This document shows positions 12,771 through 26,267 of a stretch of DNA of 64,000 nucleotides, piece by piece. The stretch's first letter is position 1; every line of letters begins with the position of its first letter. Both the position numbers and the translations under genes were made by a program. The stretch is from Octopus sinensis (Eukaryota), in contig NC_042999.1 in assembly GCF_006345805.1 (NCBI RefSeq), forward strand, positions 47,926,001-47,990,000, read 5' to 3'. The notes under the pieces were generated by a model. It was not told where the DNA came from and did no database searches. It saw only the letters and a list, made by a program, of their open reading frames with translations.

Positions 12771-14040
12771 CCACTTTAATTTTTCTTTCTAAAAGGATCC
12801 TAGAGTTGGTTGAACGATTATCTAAATACGTCACCTGTGATGGAGATTTGTAATTTTCTATCGAAAGTTATTCAATGAATACGAGCAATTTGAATTATCT
12901 ATCTGATAATAGACATGCCACTTACTAATTTTCGTATAAGACACGTGCACACAGACACAGACGCACACTGAGTTTTTCGTGTGTTTATGGTAGTAAAAAT
13001 TGCAATGCATCAATAAATCAGTTGTTATTGACTACATATTACCGACTTGTTTCAATAGCAAATATCTGTTTTAAAAAGCTGCACTTTCAAAGTTATAAGA
13101 CAAGTTTATGTAAAAAGAAACTAACAAAACAAATATAGAATAAATAAAACCGAATGCTGATATTTTTGTCTTTTGAATCTTCCCTTTACATCTATGCACT
13201 GGAATTCTGATCCAAACCATCAAAAGCACTTTACACATCTTAGATTTCTAAATAATCTTAGCAATAGCGTAAGGAGTTCAGATTAAACTGATCTGTCATT
13301 CAAGACTACTTAATATATCATGTAAGTGCTTCAATCCTTTATTTATGTTCTTGGCACACACTCTATACTTTATACAACAATTAATAGCCTGCTAACTGGC
13401 ATGGCTTCATAGGCTCACAATCGCCTGATCAATAAACATTTTAAAAACTTACATACTTGTCTTCTTGCTATTATCGTTGTTAGCTGCGGCTAAGTATTAA
13501 TACTCGAGGCTGCAAACGAGTTTAGCCAGCTACAGGGGAGTAAATGCACGCAATATGTTGCGTTATCAATTATGTTTGTATTATCAGATTTTCAAAGAAA
13601 TAGCTCCAAAGATGTTGTTATAGCATATTGGCTGGTAATCAAAGGATTATATAATCGATTAGAGCGTTGTAAATTGATCGATCGGTTACTGTCCGTACTA
13701 AAAGGACGTAATATTCTTCTGTCTGGGAATGAAATAATCTTCCGAATACGATAACGTTAATTTAATAATTCAACATGGATAAAAGCAGACGCAACCTTCT
13801 TTTAAATGCACATGTAAACTGATTTTCCAGATATTAAGTTGTTTCTTTCTTTACATTAATCTCCGACCTGTTTTATATAAATTCGGAGAGTATATAAATC
13901 AAAGTATTTTTTTTTTACTTTATAATTTTAATCTTTACATAATTAATACAGTTTAAAAAGCAAAACCGATTTTATTTGTTGTTTACTACTATTGATACGT
14001 TTTAGAATACGTTAGATATTATTTAAAATACTCTCTCTCT

Positions 14041-14260
14041 CTTTACTCTTTTACTTGTTTCAGTCATTTGACTGCGGCCATGCTGGAGCACCGCCTTTAG
14101 TCGAGCAAATAGACCCCGGGACTTATTCTTTGTAAGCCCAGTACTTATTCTATCGGTCTCTTTTGCCGAACCGCTAAGTAACGGGGACGTAAACACACCA
14201 GCATCGGTATCAAGCAATGCTAGGGGGACAAACACAGACACACAAACATATACACATACA

Positions 14261-14306
<46 letters not shown>

Positions 14307-14472
14307 TACGACAGGCTTCTTTCAGTTTCCGTCTACCAAATCCACTCACAAGGCATTGGTCAGCTCGGGGCTATAGCAGAAAACACTTGCCCAAGATGCC
14401 ACGCAGTGGGACTGAACACGGAACCATGTGGTTGGTTAGCAAGCTACTTACCACACAGCCACTCCTGCGCCT
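14041..14472 (-). mobile_element. SINE family B, full length
   Basis: Reverse complement aligns along its length with 9099-9497, including the internal (TA)n. Confidence 0.92.
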
Positions 14473-14650
14473 ATAGTAATTTTTCATCACAAAATTCAAT
14501 GAATATTTATAAATCTCCTGTTGTTAAACACAGACACAGAAACAACAGACATTCACATATAAAGAGAGGTAAATAGATGAAAATATATATACATAAACAC
14601 GCACAGATACACACAGACACACATATATTATAAGTGTATATGTGTGTGTA

Positions 14651-14704
<54 letters not shown>

Positions 14705-15103
14705 TGTGCGTGTACAGAACCATATACCCATACGAAAATATATAAACACATAGATACTCATAGATATATATGTTTAAACGGAAAAGAAATGAGTACTAAA
14801 TACACACAATAAAGTGAAATACCCTAAGCTAAAATTCCTTCACTGGTAAAAAAAAATATTGTCAGAGGAAGGTCCACCGTAAATCAAAATAACACGAAAT
14901 GATTGATATTATAACATTTAAAATAATTTTTGTAAGGTGTATAATGGAATGAGCACATTGCATAAATTTGATGTAACTAATGAACAATATATAATACAAT
15001 AACAAAAAATATCTTGTGATATCATCTATATGCCGACATCTCAGTCCAGCTCGCGCACGCCCACACATATGTATATATGCATCTATCTATCTATCTACAT
15101 ATG

Positions 15104-15231
<128 letters not shown>

Positions 15232-15995
15232 ATATATGTATGTATGTATGCATTCTTACAATACGGAGTGCACGTATTCATGAATAAACATAAAAACGCT
15301 CATATACCAATTATAAAATATAGTAATATTTTGACGCATCTATACAGGCATCATATTTGTAAACATATATTTAAGTATTTATATATGTATCCTTGCTATT
15401 GCGTTAAACTGTCGTCTGTCCACATTTGGCCAGATGTTTTAAATACTTATTTTTGCATGCCATAGTCGATGCCTTTGGTCAAACTATCATATATCCAGCG
15501 GCTTCAGATTCCAAGATATCAAATATTGTCAAAGTGTAGTAAAACGATTTTGCCAAGGAATGGTGAAACTATATTCCCATTTCCTGCAAAAACAACGTTT
15601 TATACTTCCGTCATTTTCGCATAATAACAAAGAATATATTTAGCGATGTAATGCGAAGTACATAATATGGTAGAGACTTCTAAGCTATACAAATATTTCC
15701 ACGGAAAATATCGAAGGGTACCTCAGTGACTCCAAAGTAACAAGTCTCTATCTACGACAGACTTTCTAGCATTCTACCTAGGCAACACAACGCATTTCTC
15801 AATCGAATTCAGAAGCTTTGGTCTTAATTGCGAGACCAAACATGTAAACATTTCGAATGATATGAAACGTAAAGGAGATAATAAATGTTGAGGGGTTATT
15901 TTTCAATCTAATATTTTTCTCCACGATATTATCAATAGCTTTTTCTATTCGAGTTTCAACGTGAAATACATTTTATTTCATATCCTTCGGAGTTT

Positions 15996-15996
15996 C

Positions 15997-16088
<92 letters not shown>
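15996..16088 (+). repeat. (TATC)n microsatellite
   Basis: Long perfect tetranucleotide run, followed by CTGT/TA/CA mosaic repeats to ~16345. Confidence 0.95.
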
Positions 16089-16089
<1 letters not shown>

Positions 16090-17227
16090 TTATTTGTCTA
16101 TCTACCTGTGTGTCTGTCTGCCTGTCTGCCTGACTGTCTGTCCGTCTGTCTGTCTATCTCTATCTATATATACACACATATATATATATATGTATTTTCT
16201 CCCTCTATACATATATACATACATATACATATATAAACACACAAACACACACACACATATGTATATATATATAAACACACAAACACACACACACATATGT
16301 ATATATATATAAACACACACACACACACACACACACACATGTGTGAATGAGTATGTGTGTATATATTTACACGTGTTTAATACGTCTTTGTAAATGTACG
16401 GTTGAGTGTATAAAAACGTATTGGGAGAACACTAGCCAAGGAAATATTCAGCTGATCGCCGAAAGTTCCTTAATACTGTACAATCTCACTACCTCAGATC
16501 CTTTACCCAAGCATAGTTCTTTTTCTTTCTATTTCTTGTTGACTGTTTTCAACTGTCCCAACAAAAGAACTCCTGACTCGCAATTTCTTAAACTAGTCAG
16601 CACTCATAATGTTCGATATCCGACATCCTGTGCCAACCGTACTACTCAGTTTTCCACCTCTTTTCTATCTATATTTCTTTTAATCTGTTCAATTGCTAAT
16701 GTTTAAAACCAGCATTAAGAATCAACGGCAAGTGTGAAAGAAAGTGTGCAACGAACTTTTGCACAGTTCATTTCTCTCTTCTTTACCAAACGTAAAAATG
16801 CAATGATAGTTAAATGAGAGAGGTAAATGTTAACTGTATATATATGTATACCTGAACAAGACAGATGGATGGTAGATTTTCTTGCTTAGATTCATGTCAG
16901 TTGCGACCGATCCGACCTATCATCATCAGCCTTCATGCAGCGATCAATTTGAGTTCGTCGTTTCATGCTCATTATATTTAACATTACATCGTCCCATATG
17001 TCATTTCTCTTTTCAAGACGACAGGTTACTGCTTTATGTTGCTGTTTTTACGTCTGAGATCAGCGTTAGGTCTAAGCTGGTAATTTGAACTTATATATCA
17101 TCTATCTATTTACATATGTAATGAAACATATAAATATATGTATGCGTATATGCATTGATATAAGTGTATGTGCATAAGCATATGAGTATGTATGTGTATA
17201 TATATATATGGAGGAAAATAAATTAAA

Positions 17228-17440
17228 GAACAATGGAGCAAAATAAAATTTTGAAACTCAAACATAACTTCCCTCTCTATCTTGTTCATTTCCGAACACT
17301 AACTTACCAAAAGTTTCTTACAGTCGATATAAAATATAGATAACAATAGAACAGTTCTACCATTCTTTTTTTATTTATTATTGATACTATTTTGATTTTA
17401 ATGTTCCATAATATTTCATTCCTGAAATGAAGAAGACTAT
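17228..17440. repeat. Copy 1 of an old ~210-bp local duplication
   Basis: ttttgaaa.tcaaacat..cttccctctctatcttgttca...gaacactaact.accaaa.gttt.ttacagt.gatataaaatat.gataacaat is shared with 18180-18400. Confidence 0.85.
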
Positions 17441-18179
17441 ATTATTCTGTATAAAATCGCCATACTCCTTCGTATGTTACGTATACATTTATTAACTTGC
17501 ATTTTAATAAATGTTTAAATAGGTAGATATATATTCATGAAGAAAGAATATAGCAATTCAGAAGAAGGCACACTGAAAATACTAGTGAATTTCCTCTAGC
17601 TTTAGATGACTAGAGACTTAAGAATTACCAAAAATATAACGCTTGATAATAATATCCAATTAGCTTCTGGATTCTGGTTTTTCTGTATAAAAATCTACCA
17701 GAAATTTTATTTATGGAATGAAACGCATATTTTTTTTTGTTTGCTGTAACGTAAGGCTGCATACGCCATGTTGCAAACAGATAGATTGTATTTGTAACAA
17801 AATAAACTTGGCATCTTATACTGCAAAATGTAACTTTATTTTTTTTCCTTGGAATCCGCTTTTATTCCAAGTGTATTGGGCTTGACTATAGAATCTTTCA
17901 CTAAGCTTTGCAGAGGTATATTTAGAAATATAGCAAGTGTACAGCTATTCATCAACATGCTGATGTTATTTGCTGCATACCTCTAAGCAAAATCTCGCTT
18001 CATTCTATGTTTCCGATTTTACCGAAATGCTATTATAGAATTATGATTATGATAATTTTCAAGAGAATAGACTCATATCGGTCTTCCTTATACATGTCTT
18101 TACATATAACATATTATTATTATTATTATTAATATTCGTAAGTTTAACATAGACAATACTGGATTTGATAAGAATATTT

Positions 18180-18400
18180 GCAGAACAAAAGAGCGAAATT
18201 TAATTTTGAAATTCAAACATGGCTTCCCTCTCTATCTTGTTCAATTCAGAACACTAACTAACCAAACGTTTGTTACAGTTGATATAAAATATTGATAACA
18301 ATGGAACTGATTTTCCATTCTTTCTCAGTTAGTATTATTACTATTTTGATTTTCAGTCTAACGTTCAATGTAATTTCATTCATGGAATGAAGACCATTTA
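18180..18400. repeat. Copy 2 of an old ~210-bp local duplication
   Basis: Same-orientation diverged copy of 17228-17440, about 955 bp downstream. Confidence 0.85.
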
Positions 18401-18689
18401 ATGCCTCATGAAAACGCCATGCTCTTTAGTGTATTACTTGTACATTTATTGGCACAGATCAAAAACATCAATAGATGTGTTTGTGGTTAATTATATAATT
18501 TCTCACAAAAGATATAGACACCAAAACAGAAATCAAAATTATGCACGTAGATCACTGACTCTCAAAGCCAGACACTCTCTTTTATACACACGCACACACA
18601 TACATACATACGCACACAAACACACATACATACGCACACACAAATACTTGCGCACATATGCAAGCAAAAATATATTGTGCGATGGGTAA

Positions 18690-19490
18690 ATAATCGACAT
18701 TATATATCTATAATTTCACGCAGGTGATTTGGCTGTCTTTGATTTGTCGGACAATACAGTATAGTACGGTCAGTGAGAAGAAAAAAGCACCATGATGCAA
18801 ATTACTCTGCTAGAAATTTGGAAACGGCATGCTCCACTGCTTGGCATTCGCACTGCAAGCTCTAAAGCAAACATTTCAGAGTGCTTATGTGTCAATGTGA
18901 GGCCAGTGCAGAGCATTTGCAAAGAATTGGATGAATCTAATGGTGATTGCGTATGTACGGCAACGTGGAAATTTCCCGGTATAACTTCATTCATCTTCCC
19001 ACACGACCTCAGACTCAACATAAAGGCCTAAATCAATTGCCTGGACAGCGTAGTGCTGCCCCCAGAATGAAGAAGGGAGCTGCTGGAAGACCCAGGATTC
19101 TGCAGCATACCACGCAAGCAGGAGAACCCAGTTATGCTATACCTGTCACACAATTTCTGCGGCCACATCACCTCTAAAATCTAACTCCTCCCAGACTGTA
19201 ATCCCCTTGGTTATTATGTGTGGGGCTCCGTTGAGAGCAAATATAAATCTGCGTAACACCAATGATGAACGGAAGACAAGGATTATGGCAGCATTCACCA
19301 ACTTAAAAGAGGAGACCGTCCAGAAGTGTTACAAGGGATTCCGAGGTCCTCTGAAGACCGTGATTGATGCTAGTGGCGATTTTTTTCTAGTTTCAGCTCA
19401 GAGCTTTGGCCATGCTGAGGCTTCGCAGTTTGAATAAATTTCAAGCTATTTTTATATAATTTTCCTTTTGCGGTAATTTAGACGACTATT
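18690..19490 (+). mobile_element. Internally deleted maT/DD37D-like Tc1/mariner element
   Basis: N-terminus MMQITLLEIWKRHAPLLGIRTASSKANISECLCVNVRPVQSICKELDESNGD (HTH); C-terminus NSSQ/DCNPLGYYVWGSVE...ARIMAAFTNLKEETVQKCYKGFRGPLKTVIDASGDFF. Same clade as 1-295. Ends are approximate. Confidence 0.8.
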
Positions 19491-19545
19491 CATTCACATT
19501 ACACTCTATAACTATATATCTATATGTGTGTGTGGATATATATGC

Positions 19546-19658
19546 ATATATCTAGATACATTGTATACATGTGACTCTGTATTCATATATATGTAATGGA
19601 TATATCTAGATACAATATATACATGTGACTCTGTATTCATATATATGTAATGGATATA
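19546..19658 (+). repeat. 54-bp tandem duplication
   Basis: atatatctagataca.t.tatacatgtgactctgtattcatatatatgtaatgg occurs twice (19546, 19600). Confidence 0.9.
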
Positions 19659-19751
19659 CACATACAAACACACACATGCACATACAAACACACACATATG
19701 CATAACTGACATACGCGTATGCATGCACATACCCGAAGCACACCCACACAC

Positions 19752-19819
<68 letters not shown>

Positions 19820-21235
19820 GCACTTATCCATTCACATGTACAAATATAATACCTACCTAATACCTACTTGCCTACATACATGCCTACATACCTGCCTATA
19901 TACATACCTATATACTTCCTACCTACATATATATATATATATGTATATACTTACAAACATTCATACGTAATACATACGTACATACATACATACATACATA
20001 CATACATACGTACATACATACATACATACATACGTACATAAATACATACATACACCGGAACGGCTTTTTTTCTTTGATTAGTGTATTTGTTTGAAAATAT
20101 CTTTGTTTTTCTGAATGATGCTTCTTTTATTCTGTCTGTTATTCTGTGTCTGTGTGTGTGTGTTTCCTCTGTGTATCTGTGAGTGTTTGTGTGTTTGATG
20201 TTTTTTCTGCATCTGGTAAATTATAAATATTTAGTGAAATTCTCTGTAAATTGTTTATCATAACCGAAAAATAAAGCTGATGGGTAACTATTGTACGCAA
20301 GTCGAACGAAGTAAAATCAACGGTTTTACGTATTACTGTATAAAGTTATTGCAATTATCTGCTTACAATATGTGCTGTACTGATGTTTATTTTCTTAGTT
20401 CTAAAGTACAATAATATCATCTTTCCCACTAATTCTTGCATGTATCAAAAACTGCTCGAGCGCAAAAATCACGTATTTACATATATAAAAAACAACAGAT
20501 GCATGTACTTGGAGAATAACCCAAATAAATATCCGCCGAAGTTGGTCTGGACATGCTGGCGTTTGCTGCATTCTGAGCAGTTCTTATAATTCGTGATATA
20601 TTTATTTAGTATTTATTATATATGGGACTGGCATCGGCAAGTTGTTTGACGCCCAAACTATTGACATTCTGGTATCACGTGATTTTTTCATCATGATCTT
20701 AAGTGAAACCATCAAAGCTGATTTTTTTTTGTTATTGTTCTTCTAAGTATTATGTTTATCTTAATACTTATTGTTTGTTATAGAGAGTCTGATCTGTGGA
20801 ATTATGCCAGAAGTGAATATTTCATGAACTTTTAATGACCCTTTCTTCTGATTTATATTTGCTTTTGCTTAAAGTTTATATATTTAGATTCAGCTTAGTT
20901 ATGGCTTTCTTTCAAGTGTATTAAATAGATTCTCCACAGAAACAATCTTCCCTGTAGTGGGCTATGGTGTTTGTATACCGTGCAATAGATATATTTCAGA
21001 GTTCCATTTGGTCGCACAACATTATTTTGCCATGAGTTCCAAAGCCCTTTTCTATTTTCAAGTAATATCTTACATTATTAACAAACACAAAGTTTTCATT
21101 GTTCGAAGTTATATCTTGCATAAATTCTTCAAGACAACTTAAGTGTACAGTTCTATATTTAAGAGATGAGGAATTATATACGTTATTTACGTTATTTACA
21201 TTCGACGGTTATTTGTCATCATCTTGTTTGTTGTT

Positions 21236-21281
21236 AACACAGCTTTTCGGTCGATATACCACCCAACCTTCTTCAGGTGTC
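21236..21281 (-). ncRNA. Minimal type-I hammerhead-like motif (degenerate stem III)
   Basis: Minus strand: GACAC CUGAAGA A GGUUG-ggugguauau-CGACC GAA AAGCU GUGUU. Core, stem I and stem II are intact; U16.1 is replaced by C. Confidence 0.6.
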
Positions 21282-21461
21282 TTGGGGAAATTTCGAACCT
21301 GGGCTATAATTCCTAATGTATTTTTCGATGTTAACCACTACGCAATATGCCCACTGGCATATCGTGTAGCGGTTAAGAGCGCGGACTACCAACCACAAGA
21401 TTCCGAGTTCGATTCCAAACAGAGACCTGAACAGTAATAATAATAATAAAAATAATAATGA

Positions 21462-21512
<51 letters not shown>

Positions 21513-21612
21513 TAATAATAATAATAATGAAAATAATAATAATAATACCAATAATATTAATAACATCGAAAAGTACTTCGGGAATTAGAACTCAGCTTTG
21601 AAATTTCCCCAA

Positions 21613-21658
21613 GACACCCGAAGAATGCTGGAGGGTATATCAGCCGAAATGTTGTGTT
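21613..21658 (+). ncRNA. Minimal type-I hammerhead-like motif (U4C mutated copy)
   Basis: GACAC CCGAAGA A UGCUG-gaggguauau-CAGCC GAA AUGU U GUGUU. GUU triplet and stem I are kept; core U4 and the base of stem II are mutated. Confidence 0.55.
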
Positions 21659-22289
21659 AACAACGAACAAGACGAAGACAAATATCCGTCGAATGTAAAT
21701 AATTTAAGTGTACTTGTAGATAGGCGTAACAAAGTTTTCATCAAAATTATAAAACAAATGTAAGCCGAATAAGCCGATTTCAGTAATAAGCTTTCTCTTT
21801 TGCATCTCATTTATATTGCACTAAGACCCAAGTTGGAAGTATGAGTATTAAAACCTATTTTCCTGTGGAATTTCTATATTTGTATTTTTAGCGCTATAAA
21901 CCACTATTTCAGTATAGTAAAGTCTTTCTGGTCTAACGGTCGCTTAGCAGCAGTATGGCTAAATGGTAACTTACATCTTATTGAAAGGAAAGCCTTGTAT
22001 AAATATTAATTACTAACATCGATATAGCATGGTGCGTTGAACATTGCGTGTGTGTTGGGGACGTCATCGACTATTGATATACTATATTACTTGACTTGAA
22101 GTCCTATAACTAAATACTACGTGTAATTTTGTCCAGATATTCACTGATTTTGCCATCTACTACCATTTATAATTTATTTACATCTTCCATATATGATTGA
22201 CACTATTTCATATTGCGAATAAAAATCTTTTACTTAAAGAGATGCAATATTGTTACATATTTTTTCAACAGAATGGTTTGAAATATTGG

Positions 22290-22410
22290 AACTGGTATTT
22301 ATTTTTATCGACCCCGAAACGATGAAATGCAAAGTCGACCTGGGAGGCATTTGAACTCAATTGTAACGTTGGACAAAATGCCAAGAAACATTTTTCCTCG
22401 TATTCTTTAT
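22290..22410 (-). mobile_element. SINE family A fragment
   Basis: actggtatttatttttatcgaccccgaaacgatgaaatgcaaagtcgacc is the reverse complement of the family A core. Confidence 0.75.
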
Positions 22411-22689
22411 GGTCATACTACGAGGAAAATCGCCACTTCATGTGAATAAAAGACTGTCTTGTTGAAATCATTGAAATTTGTTCGAGTTTCTTACGAAATC
22501 TGATTTGCAGAAGATTTCACTTAGTGAAACCAGAATAATATTTGATTAGATATTTACATTTGGGTCGAATCATTGGCAGCAATGATATTAACGCTAAAAA
22601 CATTTTTCTTGCAAGACCACCTTTGAGGAAAAGAAACATAAATGGTAGGAAAATGTTTTATAAACCCTTTCTTCTGCAGGCAAAATACC

Positions 22690-22840
22690 TGAACTTTTTC
22701 AGGCAGGAGCTAGTCGATTACATGGACCCCAGTGCTCAACTGGTACCTATATTATCGAAGCCGAATTGGCGAAAGGCAACATTAGCCTCGACGGATTTAA
22801 ACTCAGAATGTGAAACCGCAAGAAATATCGCGCAGTATTT
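22690..22840 (-). mobile_element. SINE family A fragment
   Basis: gtcgattacatggaccccagtgctcaactggtacc...tatcgaagccgaa..ggcgaaaggcaa is the reverse complement of the family A core. Confidence 0.7.
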
Positions 22841-23300
22841 TTCTTCAGTATGTATCGATTCTATCTGCTCGCTGCCATATGGAAATGTGTTATAATCAAC
22901 TATAAGTTAACGTGTGACTGGAGTAGTAATTATGCCTTTTATTGCCGCTGCGTGCCTATGTATTACATTATGCGAGGAAAAAGAACAAAAACAATGATGG
23001 GACTTTCACGACAGCAACTTTATTGCCAATCTATGAAACTTCAAACTTCCATTGGTTTCATCATTGTATAGCTGGTCTAATTTTTGACGTATATGTAATG
23101 AGTTGACAAAGGCAAGCAACAGCAGTAAAAGCTATCTTTAATATATTTATGAGGGAGTACATAGCTATAAACTGCAGGATCAATATTGGACATAATTTCT
23201 AGGACTGTGTTTTATAACTGAAACGCGTAAAGGGTCGTTCCTAACTATCTGTCTATCTGTCTACCTACCTACATCTCTTTCTGTCTCCCTCTATCTCTCG

Positions 23301-23333
<33 letters not shown>

Positions 23334-23342
23334 TACATATAT

Positions 23343-23444
<102 letters not shown>

Positions 23445-25959
23445 AGCATATGCATACACACCATTTGTGCTGCTTTAACACTTCCAAAGGAAAACGTCAT
23501 CAAATAACGCTCGAAGTAATATCTTGCTTCATTTCCTAAGACTTGCTGCCTAAGTAATTGTTGTTTTCTTCCTCACTGGTTTGTTAAAAGCTTTATATAT
23601 AACTCCGAGAATATCCAGCTAGCATTTGTTTCTGTCACAAACTATGTTGTATATATCCGTAAACAACATGCGCAATATTGAAAAATAATTAAGCGTGTTT
23701 ATGGTTATGTTGTGGAGTCAGCAGTGACGTCTGTCCATCTTCATTGTGGAAGTTTTATTTCACTGATATATCTTAACCAGGCAGCTTTATTCGATTGCTA
23801 AATGTAGTAAAACAATTACCAAACACCCCTCACTTATCACTGGATGCAGGAGTTTAGAATCAAGCGAAGCAACTGGTTTTATTTCTCCATTCCTTTTACC
23901 AACACCCAACATTTATACATGTAGTCATCTAATGGCAAAGCATTTTATCTGGCAGAGCTAAAGTGTAAACATCTATACATAAAATGAGATTAAAGAATAT
24001 CGGACATATTTATGTCATTGGTATATATATATCACAAATATGAATGTCGAATAATTATATTGATTTAGGCATAAATGTACGTTGATGCACCCAACTACTT
24101 TAATCTCATGGTTGAAAGTGTTACTAATTGAGCTGATCGATTTCAATCTCCAAAGTAATATAATTATTGCCATAATTATCAAATGCTAAACATGACAATG
24201 TCTTTGTCAGTGATGAACATCAAATTCATTTAAATGTTTCTCATTCGATTTATATCTTTTAGCTCTTTCATAGTTTCCATAACTTACAAGGAGATAGGGT
24301 TAAATGTTAAACTCTAAAACCTGGTTCCATGCATTAGTAATGATATTTTGAATAACTAGAAGCAATGAAGGCCTTATAATTATTGCACACTGGAAAAGGC
24401 GAATTCATAAATACTATAATAATTATATATTTGATGTGAATCCCCTTTAAGTATTTTAGAATATATATTTTACATAGATAATCTTGGCAGACTTATTGTA
24501 TATAAAGAGTAGTGTCGAAATCTTTAAGCATTCTTTACAGAAATAATAACACTCCGTTGTTCTGAAAGAACTCTTACTTGTATATAGAATCTGACAATTA
24601 CAGCTCTGTATAAAATATCCGAGTATGTAAACAGACAGTCGTGTTATTGATTATAGCTCGCTTCTCATCAATTATATCTAGTTAAAATCTACAATCAGAA
24701 ATGTGAAATATATTCTCTTGAAGCAACAACGAAGATACCTGTAGCTATGTCTCAACACCTGCTCTCTTTGTTTCTCGTATCAATAATGGTAGTTCAATGC
24801 CTTGGAGAATAGCAGTCACATCTCCTCGCAGAATAGAGAGCATTCAGAGTAGTGTTTAATTCAATTTGCTTCTAGTTACAAAAGATGTATTTTTCGATGT
24901 TTTATCATCATTTATAGTAGACGTTCTACATATTTTTCTCTCAAATTTTAGATAAAGTTGCACTGTCACTGTGTTGCCTATCAAAGATATCACGGTGTCT
25001 ATAAAAGCACACTTTGGTAAACCTTGGTCAACTTTGTTATCTGTAGCATATATTGAGACGATGCAATACAACAAATGAGTTATATTTAAAGAAAACTTTT
25101 ATATGTGAATGCGTTTTGTGTGTGGCGTGTGTTTGTGTGTACGACTTTATATATGCGCGCCTGTCGTCTCTTGCTATTTTATCTATAATTAACTTTCAAG
25201 TGAAACTTTAATTACAATTTACAAGCTTCGTTAGTTTTTAACTGTATTATATAATGCATTAGATTAATTAATACACCCGGTTCTCGTGCAAAACGTATCT
25301 AGATTATTTTCTCATAGCAATGTAAAGGAAACAAATATGCTAGAGACAATACATGCAATTACTTTCTATTTTAATATTTATGATGGAATGTTGAAGCTTA
25401 TATTACTGGTGTTAGTAAAACATTTCCCGAAAGCGAAGTATTGCTTTTGATGAACTCAATATTTGATCGGAGACAAGAGAAGCAACCACAAATAAATCGC
25501 ACATTGAATCAAGAGCTCCCAATAACATTCGAGTAGCCCTTTCTTCTCGATTCACGCTACTATCAAGCTATCGCGAGGTATTTCCTTCTATCTGATCTTT
25601 TTATTTCGCCTCCTCCGTGACGTCGTGTTCCCCTCTCACATAATAGATGAATTAACTATTATATCCATACTTCATTCACGAAGATCGACGTATCTTTGAA
25701 ATAATTCCTGCATTCGCGAAAATGCCATGCAACTACTCAAGAATGTAAATCGTCTTGATCTCTCCTTTGGGGTGTCCTATAGGACGTCTTAATTGAGATG
25801 GAGATGAGATTGATCTCTCTGGAATAAGTCGTTTTATATTCAGAAAACAGCCAAATCCAGAAAAATAAATTCAATAAGGAAAGAATGTGACAATGCAAAA
25901 ATCAAATGCAGAATTGCTCAAAAGGAAAGATTGTATGAAGCGGTCTTACAGTTTATACC

Positions 25960-26125
25960 AACGAGCAGGGTAACGGGAACATAAACACACCTGCAGTGGT
26001 TGCCACCTATAAAATAAGTACTAGGCTTACAAAGAATATGCCTAAGGGTTGAATTCTTCAAATAACCACCTTTCAGATGTTGCTCCAGCATGATCGCAGT
26101 TAATTGACTCAAACAAGTAAATGAA
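25960..26125 (+). mobile_element. 3' half of SINE family B
   Basis: aataagtactaggcttacaaagaatatgcc...gttgctccagcatgatcgcagttaattgactcaaacaagtaaa matches the family B 3' end. Confidence 0.7.
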
Positions 26126-26138
26126 TGAAAGAATATGC

Positions 26139-26184
<46 letters not shown>

Positions 26185-26218
26185 TTGTTACATGTATAAG
26201 ACACACACAAACACACAC

Positions 26219-26267
<49 letters not shown>

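Larger units (their letters stand above)
21190..21705. mobile_element. Fold-back non-autonomous element: tRNA-like head + (TAA)n + hammerhead-bearing PLE-like tail, inverted dimer with a deletion in the left arm
   Basis: 21194-21335 is the diverged reverse complement of 21561-21705. Central hairpin ttaaccactacgcaatatgcc-cact-ggcatatcgtgtagcggttaa. tRNA A/B-box-like tcgtgtagcggttaag...gagttcgattcc at ~21360-21418. Confidence 0.8.

Noticed and set aside
20240-20320. gCTGATGG...GAAC possible hammerhead
   Set aside because: Core and stem II do not fit.
21355-21425. tRNA gene
   Set aside because: A/B boxes are present but there is no complete cloverleaf or acceptor stem, and it runs into (TAA)n; treated as a SINE-like head.
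24856-25074. 72-aa minus-strand ORF and a possible + strand 65-nt exon (24949-25015)
   Set aside because: No recognisable domain, weak donor, and no linked exons.
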